A DNA stretch of 64,000 nucleotides from Tubiluchus corallicola (Eukaryota > Animalia > Priapulida), in contig JAQGDQ010000271.1 of NCBI GenBank assembly GCA_030141605.1, positions 247,350 through 311,349 of the forward strand. Direction: 5' to 3'. Shown one piece after another: positions 50,373 to 63,800 of this stretch (position 1 is the first letter of the stretch; every line of letters begins with the position of its first letter). The notes beneath the pieces are model-generated. The model had not been told where the DNA came from. It ran no database searches and saw only the letters and a program-made list of their open reading frames with translations. A program made the position numbers and the translations under genes.

Positions 50373-51047
50373 CCAAGATTCAGTTTCCTCAAACGACCAC
50401 TGGGTGGCGCTGGTCCACTCTCGACATTTATTTGGACCTACGGTGTCGGGAGAATCTCGTAACTTCCTACTGCGACCCGGCCTTGCGTTTTCTTCGTTGT
50501 CGGAAAGCGATTCCTGAGAATTCTTATCCCCGATAGATTTGCCGGAATCCGAACAGTGAGATTTTACGGGAGTTGCATCGGTTGCTCCACTTTCAGCAGA
50601 AATCGGCACCTCTTTATTGTAAGGTTCAGCAGAAATCGGCACCTCTTTATTGCAAGGTTCGTTAATCACAGGGAAAGAATCAGGAGGCTTATTTTCCAGG
50701 CCATTAACTGATGCATCGACACCAACTTCAATATTTTCACTCAGATCATCATCATCATCAACCACAACACAGTCTAAAGGAGTGGGTGGTTCACTGACCA
50801 ACTCCTGGTGTGAACCGCTGGGCTGAGATGACCTATCGCTGTCACGGCGAGTACGAGTCGCGCCGAGTGACCCCGTGAACGACGTGTTGGAAGAGGATTT
50901 TCTCCTCAATGGCGATGAAGGGATGTCCCTCGAACGACCTTCTGATTGGTCAGTAGTCTTTACATCCGAATGCACTTTTGCTGCGATTGCAACGTTGTTG
51001 GCTTCCTCGAAGATCTGCTGACCACACGTCATAAGCATCTCCCTGGT
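50373..51047 (-). CDS. INPP4: INPP4 large exon, mostly an acidic/Ser-rich disordered insert
   Basis: 675 nt, acceptor ttttctctag, donor TGG|GTAGGT, phase 0/0. Confidence 0.82.
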
Positions 51048-51486
51048 CTAGAGAAAATCATGTATTAATTTCATGTTAAAAAGTTGACAATGATAGGCAT
51101 AGGGTAGGCATTTCACTGAAGTAAATATAAACTTAAATGCAATATTATCCAGAAATTACAAAGGAGATTCTTATGCAGCATATACATGTGCAAAGTACCG
51201 TACAGAACAATTTTGATGCATACAATTTGAGCCTAAAAGCATAGCTTGACTGGCCAAACTGTACGTGGAAATCTTAAAGAAGTGATTAATAATTGAAATA
51301 ATAATAATATATACATAAAAGTGGGGGGGGAGTAGTGAACGAAAGATGAAATGGAGCGAGAACTAAGAAAAACTGTGATCATGATTATAAAGTGTTGAGT
51401 AACCAGTAACCAAGATAGCCTGTGATTTCAGGTATTTGCCTTGACCGTGGGAACCCTGAGATGTCTGTTTCTGGTAATATACGTAC

Positions 51487-51667
51487 TGTATGATTCAGCG
51501 TTTGGACGGCATCCAAAAGTTTTGAAATGTCGTGATTATCCGTAGCTTTCCGCACACAATCCACAGCATCCAAGACGCTGCTCTGCATCTCTTCAAGAAG
51601 CTGTAGCATCTCTTTTGCTTTCTTTACTTTCACAAATGATAAATGATAAGTGAGATTATCATTCTCC
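51487..51667 (-). CDS. INPP4: INPP4 exon (ENDNLTY...LLDAVQTLNHT)
   Basis: Acceptor tatttctag, donor GTACGT; phase 2/0 matches neighbours. Confidence 0.8.
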
Positions 51668-51700
51668 CTAGAAATACGAAAACGTAAAAAACTTGACACA

Positions 51701-52232
51701 TAATGAAACCACTGCTAATGAAAACTTGCCACGTAATGAAACCACTACTAATGAAAACCTGCCACGTAATGAAACCACTGTCTACTAATGAAAACCTGCC
51801 ACGTAATGAAACCACTGCTAATGAAAACTTGCCACGTAATGAAACCACTGCTAATGAAAACCTGCCACATAATGAAACCACTGCTAATGAAAACTTGCCA
51901 CATAATGAAACCACTACTAATGAAAACCTGCCACGTAATGAAACCACTACTAATGAAAACCTGCCACATAATGAAACCACTGTTAATGAAAACTTGCCAC
52001 GTAACGAAACCACTGCTAATGAAAACCTGCCACGTAATGAAACCACTACTAATGAAAACCTGCCACGTAATGAAACCACTGCTAATGAAAACCTGACACG
52101 TAATGAAACCACTGCTAATGAAAACTTGCCACGTAACGAAACCACTGTTAATGAAAACCTGCCACGTAATGAAACCACTACTAATGAAAACCTGCCACGT
52201 AATGAAACCACTACTAATGAAAACCTGCCACG
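51701..52232. repeat. 33-bp minisatellite (TAATGAAACCACTGCTAATGAAAACCTGCCACG), about 16 copies
   Basis: 33-nt period. Confidence 0.96.
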
Positions 52233-52926
52233 CTTTAGAGTTGCTCAAACACAAGCTAAAATCGAAATGATGTAAAAAAACTCACTGTACTGGACAGTGC
52301 TGCCCTCTGAGGCCAGCAGGCAGTTACCTCACCTTACCTGTCAGGTGATTTCATGGTTGATGACTTTAGGTACCTGGCTTTGTGAAATGCTGCAGACACT
52401 TGGCCTTGATATGTTGGGTCTGATCACATGTAGTTTATAGATTTGTGTCTTGTTAACTGAATTATTGCTTCCTGCTGTCTGCAGTTGCCATTGGTGTTTA
52501 TTGTCTGTCACAGTTCTCTAATGGTGCTCTAATGTTTGGACAAGGATGTAAGTTGCTTTTATTTAATTTAATAATTTTTGCAGTTTTGATTCGCTACTGA
52601 AATTAACTGTATATGTGAAATGTTACTTTATGAAATGTGTTTGTATATGTACTAATTTGAAGTTATTATTTCCATAAAATATGCAGCAATTTGTGTATTT
52701 ACATTTCTATATTCTTAACAGAATAAACAACTAATGTAAGCACTTGTTTGGAATGGAGTGTTTGAGCATTCTTGGTCATTCTTGATGAAATGGGTCATGC
52801 ATGCTACAGTCACTTTATTATCTAGCAAAACCATGATTTCTTATCATAACTACCAAGCTACTTGCAAATATCTTATTGAATTGTGCCAAATATAGCTAAA
52901 TTTGCTTCAAGATCCTCAAGTTGGAA

Positions 52927-53417
52927 TATATATATATATATAATCTTTATTTGCCATTAAAATACATTGATAATCACCGATAAAAACTTTACAGAGATGA
53001 TCAATCAGTGTTAGTTAATAAAAACTTACACTGCTAAAGGCAAATGCGTCAGTGCAATCTAAACTACTGTGCAGTAATGGAAAGTAACGATGAATAAATC
53101 AAACATGTTTACAACTATGCACAAAAAAATGAAAAACTATGATTTAATTAATGTGGCCGTGGATATATAAATTCTGAATTAGTGTGTATGTTGTCGTACT
53201 GGTGTGATGGTATTTCATATCTGGTTAATATTAGTGATTTTAATTTTGTTTTAAATGCTGATAGGGACTTGATTTGTTTAACCTGTAATGGTAGATAATT
53301 CCAAAGTAGAATTGCTTGTTTGATTACAGAGTTCGTTCCATAGTGGGTATTTTTCCTAATTTGTTTTAGATTGCTTGTTCTGGAATTAACGATAGGATTT
53401 GGAAATATTTTTAACAA
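52927..53417 (-). mobile_element. 5'-truncated LINE (CR1/L2/Jockey-like) 3' end
   Basis: ORF2 C-terminal motif LWNYLP..VK.IKSLSAFKTKLK, then a 3' UTR ending GGCAAATAAAG and an (AT)n tail. Confidence 0.7.
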
Positions 53418-53491
53418 TAGAATAATAAGCGTACTAAAATTATTTATTCAGTCGATAAAATAGACACCAACATAAAATACCAATTACGTAC

Positions 53492-53600
53492 TTTATGCAC
53501 GAATCTTTATGCTGTTTTGAAAGTCTATGCAATCCGCCATGTTTGTACTTTTGACTGTAGGCAGTAAACGCTCCTACTGTGGTCGTGTCATAAACACCGG
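53492..53600 (-). CDS. INPP4: INPP4 exon (TGVYDTTTVGAFTAYSQKYKHGGLHRL...)
   Basis: Conserved YD..T.GA..A....K.GGL; phase 1/2. Confidence 0.92.
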
Positions 53601-53742
53601 CTGAAAAACAAACATATCAAATTTCAGATGTAAACAAACAGTGATCAAAAAATCGACAGCTTCTGCAATTCTGCGTTTGCATTACTTTTATCTCATTTAT
53701 TCATTTATCATGCCTGTTTATCTTATTTCTGCTCTTCTGTAA

Positions 53743-54305
53743 GTACCGTATTTATTCCAATATAACGCGCACCCCTATTTTCCGTTTAATCGGTATAAAA
53801 TTTTGTTTCACTATTTCTCGGCTCAGACCAAGCATTGTAAGTGACAAACGTTGTTGAACAATTCCAGTCTCCGGTGCAGTGAATTGTCGGCTAGCTGCTC
53901 GATTTTAAGCAGAAACTGAGTCTTAGTAAAAAAGCGTTGTTACAGCTACACTAAGCGCTTGTGTGTTTTAAAACTCACAGTACAAAAGCAACAGTCTGCA
54001 TAAACAGTTGTTAAAATCTAAAATTACTGTATCTTGTATCTTGTCAAATAGATCAAAAATACGTTTTTTGATCAGTGAGTGGCGCACCCTGGAGGTGAGT
54101 CAACGACATTTTACTAATTGGTGAAAACATTTTAAATCATTAATAGTTTTCTTTCTCTAGTTACATAAGTGTTTCAAGCAGGTAAGCGAAATGCTGAGTA
54201 ACATAACTTTGCATGGAGTTTTTTTTAACATAATTTAACATTTCCTTTTCTTCCCCTCATTTAAGTGGCATAGTGACACCATGTAATGGCGCTGTCGGAA
54301 CACAC
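53743..54305. mobile_element. Degenerate DNA-transposon (Tigger/pogo-like) fragment; the segment at about 54020-54300 recurs at about 23323-23605
   Basis: TACCGTATTTATTCCAATATAACGCGCACC left end; dispersed homologous block. Confidence 0.5.
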
Positions 54306-54428
54306 TATAATGGTCTATGGCCATCACATGAAAATGGTGTAATAGTTCTCTCTCACTTAATTACACGTCCGCTCGTAATACAAGAAATGTTCATCTTCAA
54401 GGTATGAACACATTGGCATGAAACTTAC

Positions 54429-54536
54429 TTTTCTTCAAAGTACTATTCACGACAACCATGCGCTGTAGGTGAAGATTAGTGGGCACAAACTCCAAGCTTC
54501 GCTCACCTTTGTCTACACTTGCCTTAAAATTTGCAC
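54429..54536 (-). CDS. INPP4: INPP4 exon (GANFKASVDKGERSLEFVPTNLHLQRM...)
   Basis: Highly conserved FKAS..K....LEFVPTNLH.QRM; phase 1/1. Confidence 0.95.
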
Positions 54537-54649
54537 CTGCAAAACAAATGTTACCTGTATAGACGAGGAAGCTGTTTAAAGACAAAAAGACGGGATTGAT
54601 TAGCAATTTATGCTTGCAAAAACACAGATGAATACAAATTAAAAATTAT

Positions 54650-55258
54650 GGTTGGCATCCTTCTGTCTCGGAAGACAAAGGAGTGTGCGCTAAGAGAGTC
54701 AGTTATTGATCACATTGATGGAGCTGCAGCGTCGACTGTGGCTGAGCAGTACGATCCTTGAACGTCTCCAGGGCGCAGGCCTGGGCAAGGTGTATGGAGA
54801 TCCTGAGTTGTCCAACACAACAGGAACCCCTCTCTTCCTCCCTGGTGCAGTCCAAAGGAAAGTGGAGCGATACGTTTGGCACCAGGTTGGCTGCAGGAGC
54901 TGCCGGAGTCAGTGAGCATGCTGCACTGGTCCGCCTTCGGGGATCCACTCCTGATTTGGAAGGTTTACTCCTCTACACATGGCCGTTGGGTCACTTGACC
55001 TCCTCTACACAAGGCCGTTGGGTCACTTGACCTCCTCTACACATGGCCTTTGGGTCACTTGACCTCCTTCGCCCTCTAGCTGTTGGCTGCTTGTGCAGCT
55101 CCTCCGCCTAGTGTCAAGATACAGTGTGAGCATCCCGCAAGCTTACAACACCTGGTATTCCTAGGCGGTCACCCATCCAAGTACTAACCAGGCTCTACGT
55201 TGCTTAACTTCGGTGATCAGACGAGAACCGGTGTTTTCAACGTGATATGGCCGTAGTC
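54650..55258 (-). mobile_element. 5S-derived SINE, full-length copy 4
   Basis: Complete 5S head at about 55140-55258, 14-bp TSD AAATTAAAAATTAT, internal triplication of about 32 bp at about 54972-55066. Confidence 0.94.
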
Positions 55259-56385
55259 AAATTAAAAATTATAGAGTTATAATTACAATATAAAACAGAT
55301 AGAACGATGTAAGAAATTCAACTCACAACCAACACTAACTAGGAAATTAACTAGATTAGTACACCTTAGAAACATGGTGAAATGTTGTTCATTTATTGTT
55401 ATTTGTTTATCAAATCAACACAAATACAGAATTAATACAGTAAAAGAAACAAAACGTTATCAATAATTCAATGAATAACAAACAGTAAGATACATAATAG
55501 GAAGCAAATTTTGGAAAAAGTGATTTAAACTGTCTTGAGACGTAGGTCAACCTATGGTAAACAAAGATAGTGATATCGCTACTTCCTTTAATACTGGTGT
55601 CTAAACAACGTTGTGCACAGCATCATTACAAATATACTAACTTGACTCTCAAAACACTGTGGGGTTGAAAGATAAACAAGAGAATTATCGCTGTTGTATG
55701 TTGCTTAGTAAATTTGTATACAGTTTCCTTTGAGCACATAACTAGTTTAGATATACCATAGTTTAGGTTTGCTATATATACAAATGTAAATGTGAATGTA
55801 CTATATTTCTGCCGTTATTACAGTCGGAGCATAAACAAATATGAATGATTTACAATGTAGGTTGCCAAGCAAGAATCTTAGAATCACACAAGAGCAGGAA
55901 ATAATAATCAGAAGGGACAAATGTTAAGATTCCTGCCACATAACAGCTTTTACTTCAAAATGCAGTAAACGTATTTCAGTACAGGATAAAATTTTAATAC
56001 AATCATTACTACTAAAGTTGGTCGATTTCATGCCAATGTTAATTGCTCTTTGCTCGCTGTTTTGTGAAAATGAGAGCAGCTAACCTAACTGTAACCTAAT
56101 GAAATTTGCATTTCCCTAACACAGCACCTAACACAGCACAGGGCGTAAACCTGTTAAACGCTTCCCATAAAAGGGAAATTCGACTCTGAAGGTCACAGTG
56201 TCAGACTGATTTTCAATTACGTGTTACATTTTTCCACTAAAAAGAACATTATGCCTTGTATAGTAATTACCCCACCAAGTGCAAATTACACCACCCACAT
56301 GCAAGTCTACAATTCCAGCACATGGTTTTCGACCCACAATCATATTAATATTAATTAATAATATTTAGTGATTAACGTTATATAC

Positions 56386-56546
56386 CTTTACGACTCTGTA
56401 AATATGCTATAGCTTGTGAGTAGGTATTGACTAGCAACTCATGGTAATCTATACGATCGTCTTTCATATCTTCCCAATCTCCTGACAAACAGTTCAGCTG
56501 CTCCAACCTCCGCAAAGATTTCTGCTCTTCCGACAATCGAAGCTCT
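56386..56546 (-). CDS. INPP4: INPP4 exon (ELRLSEEQKSLRRLEQLNCLSGDWEDM...YLQSRKG); 5' boundary could be 56586; upstream exons lie outside the window
   Basis: Corresponds to the INPP4 LEEL..L...W region; donor G|GTATAT phase 1 matches the next exon. Confidence 0.8.
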
Positions 56547-56760
56547 CTAAAATTTACACACGCAAAATGGAAATCTTGAAAATTATCTAGGAAAAGAATG
56601 CACGTTCTTTTAAAACTCGTGCACGAGACAAAGTGAAACAACCCTTACTCAACTATAACTAAAGACACTGGTTTTTTACAATTTGCTTCAAACAAGACCA
56701 GGTAGTTTCTACCACATATGTAAATGTGTCAAGAAATGTTAGACCAGCTTACCCTTAAAA

Positions 56761-57180
56761 CAGGGATGAGAATGACAAATTGCAAAAAACTCTGAAACAG
56801 GTCGGAGGTTTGGGAGCCGCATAGGCCATAGAAAGCCTCTAAGTGGACTTAAAATATCAATTACCTTGTTTGATCCATAATTTAAAATACCCAACTATCA
56901 AGGATACATGATACCTAATTGTCTCAAAAACGCCTAAGTACTGGCCACTCCTATGCAAAAGTATATAAAAATTGTCTGCAATTGACTCAAATAACTCCGC
57001 ACAATTGATTCTATATTTTTATACATAGAGATATACACGTGGTTACACTGATGTACGTAATGTAAACAAAGTGACGGCCTGCCAACTAGCGGTCAGCTTG
57101 TGAAATAGTCTACAAAAATGGCACTACTGATCTTCCAAAAACTCGGAATTCCGCGTATCCGCAGAAAATTCTCATCCCTG
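56761..57180. mobile_element. MITE with 13-bp TIR CAGGGATGAGAAT (hAT-like termini)
   Basis: Perfect inverted termini; TTAAAA direct repeat in the flanks. Confidence 0.65.
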
Positions 57181-57846
57181 TTAAAAGCTACCGCAAGTAG
57201 ATCTAAAGGAGTTTGTTAAAATTTCAACAATTATTTCACTCATTATTTAGTGTTTTTTCCAATTCGTATCCTTTTTTATTCAAACATCAGTAAAGTGCTT
57301 AAAGGACGCCGCTTTTGAAAAACCCCTGTGATCAAACACCGTTGATTAATAACTGTTCTTTTGTTACTTGCTTGCAAACCAATCTATGAAGATGTCTGTT
57401 TTACCAAGACGTTGTTCACATTAGTGCAACGTTTTTGAGTCGTGGGATTGTTCTTCACGGACAAACCCATGTGAATGACTATCTGACTGCACTGCGCAGA
57501 AAGTCAATGTAGTTGCAGGTAAAATACGTGCAACGCGGGTTGTCAACTCGCCAAACAAGAGCTCAGCCGATTTTAGCTCGGCCTATAGACCAGCAATGAA
57601 GCCAAAATTGACAGAAGAATACTTTGACATTGTAGCGTTTCATATCTCTAGGCTGGTTGCTCTAGTGTGCTAGAATTCCTTTCAACATACTTCTTTCAAA
57701 AATTCCAACGAAATACCGTTACTAATTAGTATTTTATTATAACTTTTATTATCATATTTTTTATTCAAAATAGAACAGTCTTCCTGTCAATTCTTATTCA
57801 TTCATTTTGGTTTCTTCCATGCAGAATCAATGATTTCTTCACAAAC

Positions 57847-60800
57847 CTTACAATACTGTACACCACACGTAATAAGGTAAACGTTCTTACAATACTGTAC
57901 ACCACACGTAATAAGGTAAACGTTCTTACAATACTGTACACCACGCATAATAAGGTAAACGTTCTTACAATACTGCACACCACACGTAATAAGGTAAACT
58001 TTCTTACAATACTGTACACCACACGTAATAAGGTAAACGTTATTACAATACTGTACGCCACACGTAATAAGGTAAACGTTATTACAATACTGTACACCAC
58101 ACGTAATAAGGTAAACGTTCTTACAATACTGCACACCACACGTAATAAGGTAAACGTTCTTACAATACTGCACACCACACGTAATAAGGTAAACTTTCTT
58201 ACAATATTGTACACCACACGTAATAAGGTAAACGTTCTTACAATACTGTACACCACACGTAATAAGGTAAACGTTCTTACAATACTGTACACCACACGTA
58301 ATAAGGTAAACGTTCTTACAATACTGTACACCTCGCGTAATAAGGTAAACGTTCTTACAATACTGTACACCACACGTAATAAGGTAAACGTTCTTACAAT
58401 ACTGTACGCCACACGTAATAAGGTAAACGTTCTTACAATACTGTACGCCGCACGTAATAAGGTAAACATTCTTACAATACTGTACACCTCACGTAATAAG
58501 GTAAACGTTCTTACAATACTGTACGCCGCACGTAAGGCTGCCAGGCCATAGAAACTCACGCTTCATGCCTCACGCTCATGCTTCACGTCTAAACGCGTGA
58601 GTGGAAAAATGAACAAACGTAATCTTATTTGCGGTGCGCCATAGACCTCCGCTCACGCCTCACACTTCGAGCTTCACGACTCACGCGTGAAGCTAGAAGT
58701 GAACATGTTCACTTTTTCGAGACGTGAGTCCGGGGTCAGACTGGATATCAGAGCGTTTTTTGACTGCTCATGGTCCTGAGGACTATTCATTTCACGATCA
58801 GAGTTAGAACGGGACATTGTGAGCTAAACCTTTTCAAATTTTTCACTTTCGTTTTTCGGTTTTTGTTTTTATTATATGGTCATGTCAGTATATCTGAAAA
58901 ACATAAAATAATTAAATTTTACCCTTCAAAAACATTTTGGAATTTTTGTGTGGCCTTTCTTCTTTATCGGGGGGGGGGGGGTGTTTAGATCTACTTTTTT
59001 ATGTGGTCATGTCAGTGCATGCTTATCTGACAAACATACTTTGACTAGTAATTACCACCTGAGAGTTATGATGAGGTTTTGTTCTGCTTCGATTGGCCTC
59101 CTCCAATTTGAATGGCGTGGCTTCAGATGTCCTAGCACGAGGGACTTTAATGTACTGTAAGTCTTGTACGACATCCTTGTATAATGAAATAGTTCTTCAT
59201 CAGGATTGTACACGAGGTGTTGAAATGTCCGCTGAAATTCTCCTCTGGATTCTCTGAGCAAAAAATGCTCCCGGCACCATATTCTTCCTTCTTTTGAGAC
59301 ACAACAAAATCAAGAAATCTTCCTCGTCAGATGATTCCATTTTGAATGCGCAACACAGACTCGTGTGTGAAGCGTGAGAGCATGAGCCCCTATGGCCCAG
59401 TGGGCCGTGAAGCATGAAGCATGAAGTATGAAGTATGAAGCGTGAGGCATGAAGCATGAGTTTCTATGGCCTGGCAGCCTAATAAGGTAAACGTTCTTAC
59501 AATACTGTACACCACACGTAATAAGGTAAACGTTCTTACAATACTGTACACCACACGTAATAAGGTAAACGTTCTTACAATACTGTACGCCACACGTAAT
59601 AAGGTAAACGTTCTTACAATACTGTACGCCGCACGTAATAAGGTAAACATTCTTACAATACTGTACACCTCACGTAATAAGGTAAACGTTCTTACAATAC
59701 TGTACACCACACGTAATAAGGTAAACTTTCTTACAATACTGTACACCACACGTAATAAGGTAAACGTTCTTACAGTACTGTACACCACGCATAATAAGGT
59801 AAACGTTCTTACAATACTGTACACCACACGTAATAAGGTAAACGTTCTTACAATACTGTACACCACACGTAATAAGGTAAACGTTCTTACAATACTGTAC
59901 ACCACGCATAATAAGGTAAACGTTCTTACAATACTGTACACCACGCATAATAAGGTAAACGTTCTTACAATACTGCACACCACACGTAATAAGGTAAACG
60001 TTCTTACAATACTGTACACCACACGTAATAAGGTAAACGTTCTTACAATACTGTACATAACACATAATAAGGTAAATGTTCTTACAATACTGTACACCAC
60101 ACGTAATAAGATAAACGTTCTTACAATACTGTACACCACACATAATAAGGTAAACGTTCTTACAATACTGTACACCACACATAATAAGGTAAACGTTCTT
60201 ACAATACTGTACACCACATGTAATAAGATAAACGTTCTTACAATACTGTACACCACACGTAATAAGGTAAACGTTCTTACAATACTGTAAACCACACATA
60301 ATAAGGTAAACGTTCTTACAATACTGTACACCACACGTAATAAGGTAAACGGTCTTACAATACTGTACACCACACATAATAAGGTAAACGTGCTTACAAT
60401 ACTGTACACCACACGTAATAAGGTAAACGTTCTTACAATACTGTACACCACGCATAATAAGGTAAACGTTCTTACAATACTGTACACCACGCATAATAAG
60501 GTAAACGTTCTTACAATACTGCACACCACACGTAATAAGGTAAACGTTCTTACAATACTGTACACCACACGTAATAAGGTAAACGTTCTTACAATACTGT
60601 ACACCACACATAATAAGGTAAACGTGCTTACAATACTGTACACCTCGCGTAATAAGGTAAACGTTCTTACAATACTGTACACCACGCATAATAAGGTAAA
60701 CGTTCTTACAATACTGTACACCACGCATAATAAGGTAAACGTTCTTACAATACTGCACACCACGCATAATAAGGTAAACGTTCTTACAATACTGTACACC

Positions 60801-63800
60801 ACTCATAATAAGGTAAACGTTCTTACAATACTGTACACCACACGTAATAAGGTAAACGTTCTTACAATACTGTACACCACTCATAATAAGGTAAACGTTC
60901 TTACAATACTGTACGCCACACGTAATAAGGTAAACGTTCTTACAATACTGTACACCACACGTAATAAGGTAAACGTTATTACAATACTGTACACCTCACG
61001 TAATAAGGTAAACGTTCTTACAATACTGTACACCACACGTAATAAGGTAAACGTTCTTACAATACTGTACACCACGCATAATAAGGTAAACGTTCTTACA
61101 ATACTGTACCGTAATAAGGTAAACGTTCTTCAATACTACACACCATAATAAGTAACGTTACAATACTGTACACCACACGTAATAAGGTAAACGTTCTTAC
61201 AATACTGTACACCACACGTAATAAGGTAAACGTTCTTACAATACTGTACACCACACATAATAAGGTAAACGTTCTTACAATACTGTACACCACAAGTAAT
61301 AAGGTAAACGTTCTTACAATACTGTACACCACAAGTAATAAGGTAAACGTTCTTACAATACTGTACACCACAAGTAATAAGGTAAACGTTCTTACAATAC
61401 TGTACACCACACGTAATAAGGTAAACGTTCTTACAATACTGTACACCACAAGTAATAAGGTAAACGTTCTTACAATACTGTACATAACACATAATAAGGT
61501 AAATGTTCTTACAATACTGTACACCACAAGTAATAAGGTAAACGTTCTTACAATACTGTACACCACAAGTAATAAGATAAACGTTCTTACAATACTGTAC
61601 ACCACACATAATAAGGTAAACGTTCTTACAATACTGTACACCACACATAATAAGGTAAACATTCTTACAATACTGTACACCACACATAATAAGGTAAACG
61701 TTCTTACAATACTGTACACCACAAGTAATAAGGTAAACGTTCTTACAATACTGTACACCACAAGTAATAAGGTAAACGTTCTTACAATACTGTACACCAC
61801 ACGTAATAAGGTAAACGTTCTTACAATACTGTACACCACACGTAATAAGGTAAACGTTCTTACAATACTGTACGCCACACGTAATAAGGTAAACGTTATT
61901 ACAATACTGTACGCCACACGTAATAAGGTAAACGTTCTTACAATACTGTACGCCGCACGTAATAAGGTAAACGTTCTTACAATACTGTACACCACACATA
62001 ATAAGGTAAACGTTCTTACAATACTGTACACCACAAGTAATAAGGTAAACGTTCTTACAATACTGTACACCACACGTAATAAGGTAAACGTTCTTACAAT
62101 ACTGTACACCACACGTAATAAGGTAAACGTTCTTACAATACTGTACACCACACGTAATAAGGTAAACGTTCTTACAATACTGTACACCACACGTAATAAG
62201 GTAAACGTTCTTACAATACTGTACACCACACGTAATAAGGTAAACGTTCTTACAATACTGTACACCACAAGTAATAAGGTAAACGTTCTTACAATACTGT
62301 ACACCACACATAATAAGGTAAACGTTCTTCAATACTGTACACCACGTAATAAGGTAAACGTTCTTACAATACTGTACACCACACGTAATAAGGTAAACGT
62401 TCTTACAATACTGTACACCACACGTAATAAGGTAAACGTTCTTACAATACTGTACACCACATGTAATAAGATAAACGTTCTTACAATACTGTACACCACA
62501 CGTAATAAGGTAAACGTTCTTACAATACTGTACACCACACATAATAAGGTAAACGTTCTTACAATACTGTACACCACGCATAATAAGGTAAACGTTCTTA
62601 CAATACTGTACACCACACATAATAAGGTAAACGTTCTTACAATACTGTACACAGGTAAACGTTCTTACAATACTGTACACCACACGTAATAAGGTAAACG
62701 TTCTTACAATACTGTACACCACACGTAATAAGGTAAACGTTCTTACAATACTCTACACCACACGTAATAAGGTAAACGTTCTTACAATACTGTACACCAC
62801 ACGTAATAAGGTAAACGTTCTTACAATACTGTACACCACACGTAATAAGGTAAACGTTCTTACAATACTGTACACCACACGTAATAAGGTAAACGTTCTT
62901 ACAATACTCTACACCACACGTAATAAGGTAAACGTTCTTACAATACTGTACACCACACGTAATAAGGTAAACGTTCTTACAATACTGTACACCTCACGTA
63001 ATAAGGTAAACGTTCTTACAATACTGTACACCTCGCGTAATAAGGTAAACGTTCTTACAATACTGTACACCACGCATAATAAGGTAAACGTTCTTACAAT
63101 ACTGTACACCACACGTAATAAGGTAAACGTTCTTACAATACTCTACACCACACGTAATAAGGTAAACGTTCTTACAATACTGTACACCACACGTAATAAG
63201 GTAAACGTTCTTACAATACTGTACACCTCGCGTAATAAGGTAAACGTTCTTACAATACTCTACACCTCACGTAATAAGGTAAACGTTCTTACAATACTGT
63301 ACACCACACGTAATAAGGTAAACGTTCTTACAATACTGTACACCACACGTAATAAGGTAAACGTTCTTACAATACTGTACACCTCACGTAATAAGGTAAA
63401 CGTTCTTACAATACTGTACACCACACGTAATAAGGTAAACGTTCTTACAATACTGTACACCACACGTAATAAGGTAAACGTTCTTACAATACTGTACACC
63501 ACACGTAATAAGGTAAACGTTCTTACAATACTGTACACCTCGCGTAATAAGGTAAACGTTCTTACAATACTGTACACCACACATAATAAGGTAAACGTTC
63601 TTACAATACTGTACACCTCACGTAATAAGGTAAACGTTCTTACAATATTGTACACCACGCATAATAAGGTAAACTTTCTTACAATACTCTACACCTCACG
63701 TAATAAGGTAAACGTTCTTACAATACTCTACACCTCACGTAATAAGGTAAACGTTCTTACAATACTGTACACCTCGCGTAATAAGGTAAACGTTCTTACA

